A stretch of 34,457 nucleotides of DNA from Thermoproteota archaeon (GCA_027491395.1 JAOZFI010000018.1:1-34457); one strand, 5' to 3'. Counted from the first letter of the stretch, positions 8,219 to 18,520 are shown. Notes: generated by a model not told the origin, from the letters alone. Numbers and translations: made by a program.

Positions 8219-9727
8219 ATGGGCTTTATCGCTGAAGTCGAGAGGGAAGTTGAGAGGGCCTCTAGACTACTTGGCTTGGAGATTAGGAGGAGTGTCCCCA
8301 AGCGGATGAGAGTAGTCGAGGATCTTCCCAGCAATGGGTGCACTCGTAGGGAAGGCGACGCCCTCCTAGTATCCGCCAAATTGGCTGGGGACGTGCTCCC
8401 GTATGTATTGGCGAAGGAAGCTGCGATCTCTCTAATGGTGCCAGAGGTGGATGAGGTCCCCCAGGTTCATGACTTGGCGTGGATATACTCTTCAGCCCCC
8501 AGAGAACTCTGGGAGAGGTGTAGAATCCCGCCTGGGAGCCCATTTCACGATTATGATCCCTACAGGCTTTTCTCCTTGGTCCCCTCTAAGGAGAGGAACA
8601 AGGTGCTCGGAACCATCATCAGGATAGTGAACGCCTCGGCTAGGCTGGGCAACTTAGAGTTCCCGATGTACATGGCTCTCCTCTACAAGATCGTCGGTTC
8701 TAGCGTTGGTCTCTCTGACTCTGACGTGAAGCTGATCCGGATAATCTCAGAGAATCCACGCGCCACCTCTGACTACATCAGGAGGAGGGGTATGGGAGGA
8801 TCCTCCTTGACGAAGTCCATGGGGAAGTTGAGGGCTCTGAGGATGATATCCGGTCCAGAGAACGTGGATTATCTTAAACTAGGGCTGTCTACCCTTCTGA
8901 TATCGTTCTCCAACCGAAAGGAGTGCAGAAAGGCTTTATGGAGGTTTCCGTACACGCGCAGCATGCTGGTACCTGTGTCGAGCGAGATCGACGCCTATGC
9001 ATACCTCTCATACCCGTATGAAGGGATGGAGGATCTGCTCTCGCTTCGGAACCTTGGATTGGTTGTATTCCTAGTTAAGGAAACCCTCCTGAGATTCAAT
9101 TTCGACCCCGTCAGGGACCCATTCGAGGCGATAAATCTGGCCACCCCTCAAGAGTTTGGAGAAAAGGCGGAGTTCATTGCCACCTCGTCTCCACCTGTCC
9201 GAGTTGATGAGCTCGATTTGGACGTGCTTAATTTCGTCCTCGAGGAGGGAAAGGTGTCTGCCACTATCCTGACCAAGAAGGGGGTTCCGGAAGCTAGGTC
9301 CAGGCTCAGAAAGCTGAGGGGGGCCGGAATCATTACCAGTCTCTATCGGTTGACGTTTCCCATGGGCGTGGAGAAGGCGATCGTCCTAGTGGAGGGTGGG
9401 CCTAGGGAGATGGATACCCTGTTGGGGGTGCTGGGATCCGGAGGATCGGTGATGGTTCAGCACCTAGAGGGCGAGGTCTCCTACCTGATGGGCGTGCTTA
9501 TGGCCCCTCCGGAGATTAGGGGAGATATCCTCAGAGTGGTCAGGACCGTATACGGTGAAAGAGTGCTTCTGGCCGAGGATTTCGTGGACATTGAGCCGGG
9601 TTGGAGGCTCCCTACAGATCTGTGGGACGAGGGGTCGCAGAAATTCTTGTGGAGGGAACCCCTCGAGAGGTTAAAGGGTGATCTCGAGGCGTGCCTTCCT
9701 CAATCCCGGCCGATCCCACGACGATAA
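8219..9727 (+). CDS. Large putative transcription regulator with two Lrp/AsnC-like HTH-plus-ferredoxin-fold units (paralogue 1)
   Basis: LSDSDVKLIRIISENPRAT...VDYLKLGL and VDELDLDVLNFVLEEGK...RLRKLRGAGII. Confidence 0.72.
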   Translation: MGFIAEVEREVERASRLLGLEIRRSVPKRMRVVEDLPSNGCTRREGDALLVSAKLAGDVLPYVLAKEAAISLMVPEVDEVPQVHDLAWIYSSAPRELWERCRIPPGSPFHDYDPYRLFSLVPSKERNKVLGTIIRIVNASARLGNLEFPMYMALLYKIVGSSVGLSDSDVKLIRIISENPRATSDYIRRRGMGGSSLTKSMGKLRALRMISGPENVDYLKLGLSTLLISFSNRKECRKALWRFPYTRSMLVPVSSEIDAYAYLSYPYEGMEDLLSLRNLGLVVFLVKETLLRFNFDPVRDPFEAINLATPQEFGEKAEFIATSSPPVRVDELDLDVLNFVLEEGKVSATILTKKGVPEARSRLRKLRGAGIITSLYRLTFPMGVEKAIVLVEGGPREMDTLLGVLGSGGSVMVQHLEGEVSYLMGVLMAPPEIRGDILRVVRTVYGERVLLAEDFVDIEPGWRLPTDLWDEGSQKFLWREPLERLKGDLEACLPQSRPIPRR

Positions 9728-9801
9728 GTGGTAATCACATCAGACGGGCCCGGGAACTGGTGGAGGAAAGGTAATATTGGTTGGGGAGGTTGAACAACCG
9801 A

Positions 9802-11292
9802 ATGGATCCAGTTAGTGAGCTGCACGCGAAGATCGAGGATGTCTCTAAGTCGACTGGATTGGAGATCCGCAGACCTATCCCCAAGGAGGTGAGGATCGTC
9901 GACGACGTGCCTGGGGGCAGATGCACCGGTTACGATGGAGAGGCCCTCCTCGTAGCTAGGGGAGTGGTCAAGTGGCTTCCTCAGGTCCTGAAAAAGGAGG
10001 CGGTGATCCTACATACCGTCCAGGGGGTGGATGTTGTACCTCAGGTGCACGATGTGGCTTGGTACTACTCGGGATCCCCCAAGAAGCTGTGGTTGAGGTG
10101 TAGAATTCCCCCAGAAGGTCCGTTCCATGATTACGATCCATACGAACTCCTCTCGCTCATCCAGGAGGGAGAGATGGATAGGGTCGTGGGGAACCTGCTT
10201 AAGATAGTCAACCTAGCCGCTGAGAGGGGATCCCTGGACTTCGAAACTTACGTGGCACTCCTCAACAGGATCGCTGGGATGATGGTGAGGATCACCGAGA
10301 GCGATGCCAAGATAATGGAGATCATCTCAAGGAACCCTCTGGCTACCGATAGGGAGATCAGGGGCATGGGGATAACCGGAGCCACGCTGAGCAGGTCTTT
10401 GAAGAAGCTGAGGATGCTTGGCATGATATTCGGACCCGAGAACGTGGATCACTGGAAGTTAGGTCTGACGACCCTCCTCATCACGTATCCCAACAACAGA
10501 GAGTGCAGGAAGGCCTTCTGGAGGTTTCCGTACACCTATAGCGCGTACATCCCGGTCTCATCAAAGGCGCACGTGAGGGCATATTTGTCCTACCCCTATC
10601 AGGGTCTTGATGCCCTGAGAGGCGCGCTAGATGGAAGGATCCCGCTGTATCTCGTGAAGGACGCAGCCTTCGGCCTCTCTCTCGATGCTGGGAGGAGCCC
10701 GTATGATTCGGTGGAGGAGTTGTCCAGGCCCCAGCCTAGGGGGAGGGACCTGAGCATTCTCGTGAAGAGGCCAGAGTCCAACCTCGACAGGAACGATTTG
10801 AGGATACTTAACCTAGTCTTCAAGCACGGGAAGGTCACTCACAAGCTCCTGAAGAGGGAGAGAATTCCTGATCCGAAGAAGAGGCTCGGCCGACTTAGGA
10901 AGGACGGTTACATAATCAGGATGTACTTCCACGGGATCCCCAAGGGCATGGAAAAACTCATGCTGATAGTGAGGGCCTCCCATGATGAGATGGTACCTTT
11001 CCACTCCTTCCTGAGGTCGGTTGGATCGGTACTCACCCATTACATAGAGGGGGATGACTTCGAGGGACTGCTATCTCTCCTCGTCACTAGGCCAGAAGTG
11101 AGGGGGGATCTCATTTGGGCTGTGAAGTCCGTTTACGGAGATCAACTCGTCTTGGCGGAGGATTTCTTGGATATAAGTCCCGGTTGGAGGCTCCCCATAG
11201 ATCTGTGGGACGAGGAAAGTGGGACCTTCATATGGGAGGACCCGGTCATCAGATTGGAGAGGGATCTCGAGGCCTGCTACAAAAAATTGTGA
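9802..11292 (+). CDS. Large putative transcription regulator, double Lrp/AsnC-like (paralogue 2)
   Basis: Collinear with 8219-9727 (VPQVHD.AW.YS, PFHDYDPY, GPENVD, ECRKA.WRFPYT, PGWRLP.DLWDE); ATG at 9802 follows GGGGAGGT. Confidence 0.72.
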   Translation: MDPVSELHAKIEDVSKSTGLEIRRPIPKEVRIVDDVPGGRCTGYDGEALLVARGVVKWLPQVLKKEAVILHTVQGVDVVPQVHDVAWYYSGSPKKLWLRCRIPPEGPFHDYDPYELLSLIQEGEMDRVVGNLLKIVNLAAERGSLDFETYVALLNRIAGMMVRITESDAKIMEIISRNPLATDREIRGMGITGATLSRSLKKLRMLGMIFGPENVDHWKLGLTTLLITYPNNRECRKAFWRFPYTYSAYIPVSSKAHVRAYLSYPYQGLDALRGALDGRIPLYLVKDAAFGLSLDAGRSPYDSVEELSRPQPRGRDLSILVKRPESNLDRNDLRILNLVFKHGKVTHKLLKRERIPDPKKRLGRLRKDGYIIRMYFHGIPKGMEKLMLIVRASHDEMVPFHSFLRSVGSVLTHYIEGDDFEGLLSLLVTRPEVRGDLIWAVKSVYGDQLVLAEDFLDISPGWRLPIDLWDEESGTFIWEDPVIRLERDLEACYKKL

Positions 11293-11717
11293 AAGGGGCC
11301 TTTATGTGTTAGGCTCTGGCAGAGGAGGCACCGGAGTAGAAGGTGGCAGTCCCATTCACCTCCCGTTATACGTCTATTGACGAACTAAAATTTTTCATTA
11401 AGTGGTTCCATCTATGATGAAGCTGATGGCACCACAGATCCATTCAGGGAACCACGAGTCAGATCTTATGCGAATACCTGCTAGGAACAATTAGATTACC
11501 GAATAAGCTCTTTTTTGTATCCGCTTAGCTTGTAATACCGGATCTAATCTCGGTCGCCTGTCGGCATTGTGAAGGCCAATAGGAGCCGGAACCTGCTTGC
11601 ATTTTACAACAAACGACGTTCTATTTCCCGGCGAGCTGGCGGGGGCAACTAGCTGGCCTAACACCAACATCACCAGATCCTTTTTACGGGTCCATCGGGT
11701 GCTTTAGGAGAATGTGA

Positions 11718-13046
11718 ATGTTAGGGGGCTTCCTCAGGAAGCGTGCTGTACTGGCACTGATGAGGCTGACTGGCCGGGACTTCAGGCGGGAACTCAGGAC
11801 GATAGAGTCCATAATGCGCGGGGATATGCCATTGGAAGATTTCGTTAGAGAATCCCTGAGATCCCTCTTTGAGTACGCTAAAAAGAAGGTACCGCATTAC
11901 TCTCGGCTGTTGAGGGACTTAGAAGACCCACTAACCCATTTTGACAGGATCCCTGTCCTCAGAAGATCCTTCGTCCAGGCTCACATCGATGATCTAACCT
12001 CCACAGACATGGAAAGGATGATGGGGGTATTAACCGGGACCACTGGAGGATCAACGGCAAGGCCCATAAGGTTCTTCAGGGATGTGAGATCCTATCGCTG
12101 GAGTAAGGCCACGGAGGTCTTCTATTACAGTTGGTTCTTGGGGATAGATCTGCTGAAGGCTAAGAAAATGATCATTTGGGGCTCGGCTGCTGAACTCCTC
12201 GGTGGTATATCTCTTCTATCCAATATGACCCACATCCTTGATAGGGCAGTCTACTTCAACGCTTACCTCATAGATCAACGGTTAATTGAGAGGGTCCTGA
12301 GGAAGCTAGAGGATTACAGGCCGGACATCCTCAGGGGACTTCCTCACTTCCTAGCTGCTGTGGCTGAGTACGCCCTCAGGAGGGGGATTGGGGGTGTTCA
12401 GGCCGAAGGCTGTGATCTCGACTGGGGAAACGCTAAACAAATGGAGGAGGGAGATAATAGAGGAGGCATTCGGTAGGGTATACAATTTCTACGGGGCCAG
12501 AGAGGCCCCGTCCATAGCTGGAGAGTGCAGCGACGGGTCCCTCCACGTTTTCTCTTTCAACAACTTAGTAGAGATCCTCGACGACTCAGGTAGGAAGGCC
12601 CCGAATAGGGTGCTCGGGAACGTCGTCGTGACTCCTCTACACAACTACGCTATGCCGCTCATAAGGTACGAGATAGGCGACATGGCTAGGGCGGTTGAGA
12701 GGAGGTGCCCCTGCGGCTCCATCCTACCGAGGATGGGTAGGGTTGAGGGCAGGACCACCGAGTTCGTGGTGAGGAGGGACGGCTCCCTCTTGGGGGGCGA
12801 GTTCTTCGAGGGGGTGTTCAGGGTCGAGGGTTGGGTCAGGGAGTTCCAAGTTATCTAAGAGGATCTAGACACTCTGAGGATCCTCGTCACACCCGAGGAA
12901 GGTAAGAAAATTTCACTCTCCGCGGTTGAGGGAAGGTGAGGAAGGTACTAGGCGATGTGACCGTGAGGTGGGAGCTAGTGGACAGCGTGCCTAGACCAGC
13001 CTCGGGGAAGTTTATGTACGTGATATCGAAGGTCGATCGGACCTAG
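11718..13046 (+). pseudogene. Phenylacetate-CoA ligase/CapK-like adenylate-forming enzyme, disrupted
   Basis: TTGGSTARP, YGARE, MPLIRYEIGD, VEGR and SGKF motifs are spread over different frames: extra G at 12390-12394, in-frame TAA at 12856-12858, second shift near 12930. Confidence 0.85.
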
Positions 13047-13847
13047 CTGGGTAAGCCGAGCTTATGGGTGGTAATGTCCCTCTAGGGTGTCTGAAGTCCC
13101 AAGGATCATTCGTCCTCTTCCTCCTGTCTAGATGAGTAGTAGGGTGACTCTGTGGACTCCTCATTCCCCCTGAGCTCCCTAGTCGTAGTACCTAATACGT
13201 CGGCTGGATCGGAGCCTCCGACTCTAGTCTCTCCGTCTGCCACTCGTCGCTTATAGATGTGTCCAGACAGCCCATCCTGTCCCTCTTGCTGTCGCAAACT
13301 TAACCGTCACCCACATAGCTAACCTCATTCCCCTCTTCGTCCCTCAATAGGCCCTCGCTGTTCATCGCGCGAAGATATCTCCTCCAGCTCAGGGGTGAGG
13401 AGGGATTGGTAGGCGATAAATCCCTAGTCAGCTGGCCCGGACATATCCTCAAGATCAGCTTTCCTGCCAGCATCCCGAGCAGTAGGAGGCCTTGGGAAGG
13501 CGGCAAAACTGTTTTCACTTCCATAAGTTCCCCCTGATCGCTCTAACGTTTGGTAGAGGAGCTCCTAGTGTGTTCCGGACTGGTTCAGGAGCTTCTCAAG
13601 GGAGAATTCGGGTCCAGCTTGGAGATGAAAACTATGGCGAGGGGACTTGGGATTGTGGGCGGGGAGGGTGTCGGTATCCGAGGCCGCTGTCCACTCCTCG
13701 GGTATACATCCCAAGACGCCTAAGAAAATGTCCCTGACCTCCACTTTATCTCCCACATCTCTACTTGGAAGCTTAATTCCTTTCCTACATTACTTCAATT
13801 CCTCTCGAAGCGAGATGGAGTTGTGCACATTTTAAGTAAATAGGAGG

Positions 13848-14531
13848 ATGAGGCGCGTGTGGATCGCAGCCCTAGCCACGGCCATCGGCATGTGGGGGCT
13901 AGTAATATCGGTCTCGGCGATCGTAGCAACCTACATCGCAAGACTCGCACCTGAGAGGTCCTTTTACCCGACAATAGCCTCTGAGGCCCTTTATGGATTG
14001 ATCTCCTTGCTGCTCATCCACCTCACCGGTGGGGTTGGCGCTTATTCCGTTCTCTCAGGGGCTCCGCCCTACAAGTTGGGCCTAGCCGCCTCAATCTCCC
14101 TTCCCCTCTCACTGCTTATGAGCAGCCTCGCCTACAGAAGCGGCTACTACGAACCTCCACACCTCCCCAAGGGCATGACAGAGAGAGTGATTCTCCTCCT
14201 TCTTATAGCACCGATGGGGGAGGAGATGCTCTTCAGAGGTCTGCTGGAGGGCTACCTACTGCTGAGCTTGGGCGCGAATCTGACCTCGCTGGTAGTAGCG
14301 ATATCACTGCCCGCGGCCCTCTTCGCGGCAATCCACTACGTGCCCTACAGGGAGGCCCCCCCTCGCTGCCTTAGGTGGGTCCTGACGACAGCGCTGATTG
14401 CAGGTCTCGTGGCTGGCTTCTTTAGGGTCTACGCCGATTCCCTGCTGCCGGCCGTGCTGATCCACTCCTGCTTTAACTTGGGTGGCATGGTGGCCTCGAG
14501 GAGAAGGTCGGTACATCTAGGTAGCCTCTGA
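13848..14531 (+). CDS. CPBP (CAAX type II/Abi) intramembrane glutamic protease
   Basis: EEMLFRG, FAAIH and HSCFN motifs; multiple TM helices; GGAGG RBS. Confidence 0.92.
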   Translation: MRRVWIAALATAIGMWGLVISVSAIVATYIARLAPERSFYPTIASEALYGLISLLLIHLTGGVGAYSVLSGAPPYKLGLAASISLPLSLLMSSLAYRSGYYEPPHLPKGMTERVILLLLIAPMGEEMLFRGLLEGYLLLSLGANLTSLVVAISLPAALFAAIHYVPYREAPPRCLRWVLTTALIAGLVAGFFRVYADSLLPAVLIHSCFNLGGMVASRRRSVHLGSL

Positions 14532-14532
14532 G

Positions 14533-14896
14533 TCACTCCTCGCCCTCCATTCCCTTAAGACGGAGCCCGTACATCCTAAGCCTCGCGAAGTGCCTCAGGT
14601 TGCCGGTGAGTAACTCCATCCCTTTGGATATTGCCGTTGCTGCTATGAGCAGATCCGCATCGCCTATGAGGGATCTCTCCTCCTTCAGCTCCTCGTACAG
14701 TCTGCTGTACTCAGGCAGGATGGATTATCCAGCCAGATCACCTTGTAGGTCTCCTCTAACAGTCTCTTCACTTTCCCTCTCTTCTCGCTGGGTATCTCTC
14801 TAATGAACTCCAAGAGCGTGATCACCGAGATCGCATCCCCGACCCTTTTGCCCTCCTGAAGGAATCTACCAGGACATCAGTGTCGATCAGTATCAA
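14533..14896 (-). pseudogene. vapC: VapC PIN toxin, frameshifted twice (absent from the ORF track)
   Basis: Manual translation gives LILIDTDVLVD / AISVITLLEFIRE / IGDADLLIAATAISKGMELLTGNLRHF, separated by two frameshifts. Confidence 0.85.
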
Positions 14897-15111
14897 GGGC
14901 GAACCCCCCTGAACCCCCTGTGGGATTTCTCCACCTCTTCCAAGTAGGGGAGCACCTCTTCCCTCAGTTTCTCGAAGGCTCTATCTCTTTTGACTCTATT
15001 GACTTCTTCAGCCAGCTCGTTCAGAAAATCGCTCCAGTCTCTGTCTCCTTTAAGGAGCTCGAGTTTCCTCTTTACCTCCTTCTTCACGGGTATCGTAGTG
15101 TATGTAATCAT
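14893..15111 (-). CDS. vapB: VapB-like antitoxin
   Basis: YTTIPVKKEVKRKLELLKGDRDWSDFL; its stop overlaps the start of the PIN pseudogene. Confidence 0.8.
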   Translation of the reverse strand: MITYTTIPVKKEVKRKLELLKGDRDWSDFLNELAEEVNRVKRDRAFEKLREEVLPYLEEVEKSHRGFRGVRP

Positions 15112-15128
15112 GGTGTTAAATTACCATG
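15109..15128. promoter_or_regulatory. Inverted repeat over the vapB start (candidate auto-operator)
   Basis: CATGGT-N8-ACCATG. Confidence 0.45.
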
Positions 15129-15160
15129 TAATTATTAGTCTCGATGATGGTGAGATGGAT

Positions 15161-15544
15161 TCACCGCTTGAAGCCCTTTCTCCTCCTTACCTCCTCCAAG
15201 ACCTCGTCCAGCCTGCTTACCAAGATTGAGAGGGCCTCCTCCACGGTCTTCCTCCCGACCACGATGGGGTAGTGCCTCGACTCCCTGACCCTGAGGAAGT
15301 TGGGCCCCATCCTCCCGGCTAAGAAGACGTCTACATCACTCAGGAGCTCCACCACCGCTTTGAATTTCCTAGGGTCTCCGTGTTCTCTCTCCTCCATTGC
15401 TCTCACAGTATTCTCCCTCTTCTCAACAAGCCGGTAGTTCCCGTCCTCGTCGACCTCGTATATTAGGTAGTACTTGGCGTCGCCGAAGTGCTCCCCGCTC
15501 AACCTAGTCTCGTCGTCATCCACACCTACAGCCACTCTGATCAT
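15161..15544 (-). CDS. NifB/NifX-family (FeMo-cofactor-binding fold) protein
   Basis: IRVAV...EHFGDAKYYLIYEV...REN...DVDVFLAGRMGP. Confidence 0.88.
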   Translation of the reverse strand: MIRVAVGVDDDETRLSGEHFGDAKYYLIYEVDEDGNYRLVEKRENTVRAMEEREHGDPRKFKAVVELLSDVDVFLAGRMGPNFLRVRESRHYPIVVGRKTVEEALSILVSRLDEVLEEVRRRKGFKR

Positions 15545-15621
15545 TGGGAACCCGCTGCCTAGGTTCGTGGCTCATTTATAATCCATTTGTGAAGGCCTGT
15601 TCTCCCGTCCTAACGTGCCCT

Positions 15622-16926
15622 TCACTTCAAGTAGTCTTGGAGAGAAGCTTGGATGAGGTGCCGCCTCAGGATCGCTGAGTTCTCCACCCAGACATCGAGG
15701 GGGGTTATCATTTTCCTCCCCACGTGCTGGAGGCACTCCCTCAGCTCGTCGCACTTTAGCGGATCTGATCTGAGGATGTGCCTGACCGTCTCCCTCACGT
15801 TCCACACTCCCACGGGAAGGTAGCCCGGATGGGCCTCCCTGAGTATGAGCACGGTCGCCTGCCTCTTCTCCTTCCTGAGCTTCTCGGCCACGGCCAGCCT
15901 CCCGGCATAGTAGCAGCCTCCCATGCTGGCGTATCTCCATCTTCCCTCGAAGGGCTCGTAGTCCCCGGCTAGAGCCATTTCCTCCAAAAGGGTCCCGGGG
16001 AACCAGACCTCTATGGACTCGTAGCTCCATCTCTCGGGGAACATGATAATAGACCACCTGTTCTTGAGGTACTCGCCGTAGTACAGCCTGTACTCGTTTA
16101 TCTCCGGGTAGGTCCTCACCTCCCTCAACAGGTACTTGGAGAGGGTGTCGTCCACGGCGGTTATGGACCACCTGGTAGGGACGAACTTCCTGTTTCTTCC
16201 AATGCCGAGGAGGCCAGCGCTGAGCCCCTGCTGGATCTTAGAGACGGGGACCCCCCTCTCATAGAGCTCGACCATGGCCTCCGTTGCTTTGGCGTCTCTG
16301 TCGTAGTAGGCCCTCTCCAGCCTGGAATCTGACCTCCCTGGCTCAACTCTCAGCTTCTCGAGGAGGGCGGAGGGTCCGAAGGGTTGGTGCACCTCCGATA
16401 GAATCGCTCCTCTAGGGGGATGCCTGAGCCTAGCCTCCATGTCCACCGACTCCCTGGAGAGCATGGACTCCTGCAGCTCCCTCGCATACCTGTCATCTAT
16501 CTGGGTCACCTTCAGCCTCCTCTTCCCCCTGAGAAGCTGAAGCCTCATGACCACTATCTCCTTCAGGCCCTTCCCGAACCAGAGCTCACTCATCCCCATG
16601 TATTCGGTGTCGCCCCGAACGGGAGGGATCAAGGGGCCTATGTACACCTTGGGGTAGCCGTGCCTCCCCACGAATATCTCGGGAGGCGAGGAGCCCTCCA
16701 CCAGAGTGCCCGCGCTGGGTAGGTAACCGAGCAGGGAGTTTACTTCTACTCTATCAATTCTCCTGACCTTGAAGTCCTCGGTCAGCAGCTTTAGCTTCTT
16801 CACCGATCTTAATGGGGAGGATCGAGCTATAAAATCTGTGAGACCCAGACAACGGGTCCCGCCCATGGGAATATAATTCGGATCGTGCTGCCCCCCATAT
16901 AATTTCAGGCACCTAGCAACCCACAT
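15622..16926 (-). CDS. nreA: Archaeal Nre DNA repair protein (start may be ATG at 16866)
   Basis: GSSPPEIFVGRHGYPKV.IGP, FGPSA, RKFVPTRWSITAVD, GGCYYA.RL, PVGVWNVRE and C-terminal PIP box QASLQDY. Confidence 0.93.
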   Translation of the reverse strand: MWVARCLKLYGGQHDPNYIPMGGTRCLGLTDFIARSSPLRSVKKLKLLTEDFKVRRIDRVEVNSLLGYLPSAGTLVEGSSPPEIFVGRHGYPKVYIGPLIPPVRGDTEYMGMSELWFGKGLKEIVVMRLQLLRGKRRLKVTQIDDRYARELQESMLSRESVDMEARLRHPPRGAILSEVHQPFGPSALLEKLRVEPGRSDSRLERAYYDRDAKATEAMVELYERGVPVSKIQQGLSAGLLGIGRNRKFVPTRWSITAVDDTLSKYLLREVRTYPEINEYRLYYGEYLKNRWSIIMFPERWSYESIEVWFPGTLLEEMALAGDYEPFEGRWRYASMGGCYYAGRLAVAEKLRKEKRQATVLILREAHPGYLPVGVWNVRETVRHILRSDPLKCDELRECLQHVGRKMITPLDVWVENSAILRRHLIQASLQDYLK

Positions 16927-16986
16927 CTGATTTGATTAGAACCGGCCGCGGCAATACGCACTTAAGGGACTCAAGGACAATGGCCT

Positions 16987-17763
16987 GTGATAAGGGAGGT
17001 AAGGGCTAAGTCCATCCTGAACAGGAGCTCCATCGGCGACTACGTCATAAACCCATACGTGGGATGTCAGCATGCCTGCATTTACTGCTACGCCCAATTT
17101 TACGCGAGGAGGTGGGGACGCACTGAACCTTGGGGGAGCTACGTTGAGGTAAAGGTGAACGCCCCCGAGCTCCTAGCTAGGGAGATCGAGAGGAAGAGAA
17201 AGGGTATCGTCTACCTGTCCTCCATGACCGATCCTTATCAGCCCGTCGAGATGGAGTACGAGCTCACCAGACGCCTTCTAGATATATTAAGGGAGAGGAA
17301 TTGGCCCGTCCTAGTCCAGACCAAGTCTCCTCTAGTGTTGAGGGATGCCGACATCCTAGGGGGATTCGGTCAAGCTAGAGTGGGCATGACCATCGTGACC
17401 CTTAGAGAGGAGGTGAGGAAGGTCGTGGAACCTGGAGCTCCAAGGGTGGATGAGAGGATCCAAGCCCTAGAGGGGTTGAAGGAACAGGGGATAGGAACTT
17501 TCGCCTTCATTGGACCGATATTGCCGGGCACGAGTGTTGAGGAGATCTTAGAGCTGGTCGAAGCTTTGAGGGGGAAGGCCGACGTTTTGTACTTCGACAG
17601 GTTGAATGTGAAGCCCGGACTTAAATCCAAGCTGGATACAGCCATGCGTAGACTTGGAGTCGGGAATTGGGATAGAAATTTAGATTCCTATTACAGGAGA
17701 ATGAAGGCCCGGCTGACTGAAGAGTTGGGATCCACCGGAATGAGATACGTTTTCGTGTATTGA
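16987..17763 (+). CDS. Radical SAM protein, spore photoproduct lyase-like family
   Basis: INPYVGCQHACIYCYA (CxxxCxxC), VKVNAPELL, TDPYQPVE, TKSPLVLRD. Confidence 0.9.
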   Translation: MIREVRAKSILNRSSIGDYVINPYVGCQHACIYCYAQFYARRWGRTEPWGSYVEVKVNAPELLAREIERKRKGIVYLSSMTDPYQPVEMEYELTRRLLDILRERNWPVLVQTKSPLVLRDADILGGFGQARVGMTIVTLREEVRKVVEPGAPRVDERIQALEGLKEQGIGTFAFIGPILPGTSVEEILELVEALRGKADVLYFDRLNVKPGLKSKLDTAMRRLGVGNWDRNLDSYYRRMKARLTEELGSTGMRYVFVY

Positions 17764-17874
17764 TGGAGTGCGTCGTCAGGGGCCTCATGGCATTTGAGGA
17801 GCCCATCAGTTGATGTGTACGTGAATCGACCAGTAATCTGGCCCGGCATGCGCCATCAAATCGCCTTTTCAGAG

Positions 17875-18279
17875 TCAGGGTCTCAGCATCACCAGCTCCA
17901 AGCCCGGTTCTACCTCTTTTATCTTCTGGAAGTCCTCATCCAAGGAAACCAAGACTTCTCCAAGCCTCAAAGCGATGGAGGCTATTAATATGTCCGCGTC
18001 ATTTACGGGGACTCCCCTCTCCCTGAGCTTCGACCATAAGAGGGAGGCGATCCTTGCATCCTCATAGGTGAACGGGATCACCAGCAGTTCGGACAGCATA
18101 CGAACGATGGCCCTCAGCTCCCTCTCGCTTCCCCTCCTAGCCAGGTAGGCTGCTCCTCTGAGTAGTTCGTAGGCTGTTATCGAAGTGACAGATATCTCCT
18201 CGATCCCTGTTTCCTCCAGTTTGCTCACGAATCCCTCGTCCTTCAGGACCTGCAGGATTGTGGAGGTGTCAAAGATCAA
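17875..18279 (-). CDS. vapC: VapC PIN toxin, intact
   Basis: IFDTS, SITAYELLRG, DADILIASIA, LVSLDEDF. Confidence 0.92.
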   Translation of the reverse strand: MIFDTSTILQVLKDEGFVSKLEETGIEEISVTSITAYELLRGAAYLARRGSERELRAIVRMLSELLVIPFTYEDARIASLLWSKLRERGVPVNDADILIASIALRLGEVLVSLDEDFQKIKEVEPGLELVMLRP

Positions 18280-18490
18280 GCTCCCTCACCCTGAATCTCC
18301 TCCTCTCCCCCATAACTATGTCCTCTATATCTGAGCTTTTCAACTTTCCAGCGTATCTCTTCAGGATTTCAAGCGATCTCTCTCTGTTCCTCCTGAGGAG
18401 CCTCATTATCACGTCGGAGAAGGACTCCCCCTCTCTCTTCAACCTCGATAGCTCCTCGTACACCTCGTCTCTCAGGGATATGTTCTTCAT
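18269..18490 (-). CDS. vapB: VapB antitoxin (DUF217-type RHH)
   Basis: MKNISLRDEVYEELSRLKREGESFSDVIMRLL; ATG at 18490 is the likely start, not 18613. Confidence 0.9.
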   Translation of the reverse strand: MKNISLRDEVYEELSRLKREGESFSDVIMRLLRRNRERSLEILKRYAGKLKSSDIEDIVMGERRRFRVRELDL

Positions 18491-18495
18491 ACGTG

Positions 18496-18520
18496 TATAT
18501 GTAATGTGAACATATAAAAG
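18496..18520 (-). promoter_or_regulatory. TATA box and overlapping inverted repeat of the vapBC operon
   Basis: TTTTATAT on the minus strand about 25 nt upstream of the ATG; TATATGT-N7-ACATATA at 18496-18516. Confidence 0.55.

Noticed and set aside
11402-11455. ATGATGA..CTGA inside the GTGGTTCC/GGAACCAC inverted repeat as a C/D sRNA
   Set aside because: The boxes are only 2 nt apart, there are no guide regions, and the bulge geometry is non-canonical.
13080-13790. Short minus-strand ORFs (13106-13297, 13300-13524, 13565-13756)
   Set aside because: Probably a decayed gene, but no family motif can be recognised, so no call is supported.
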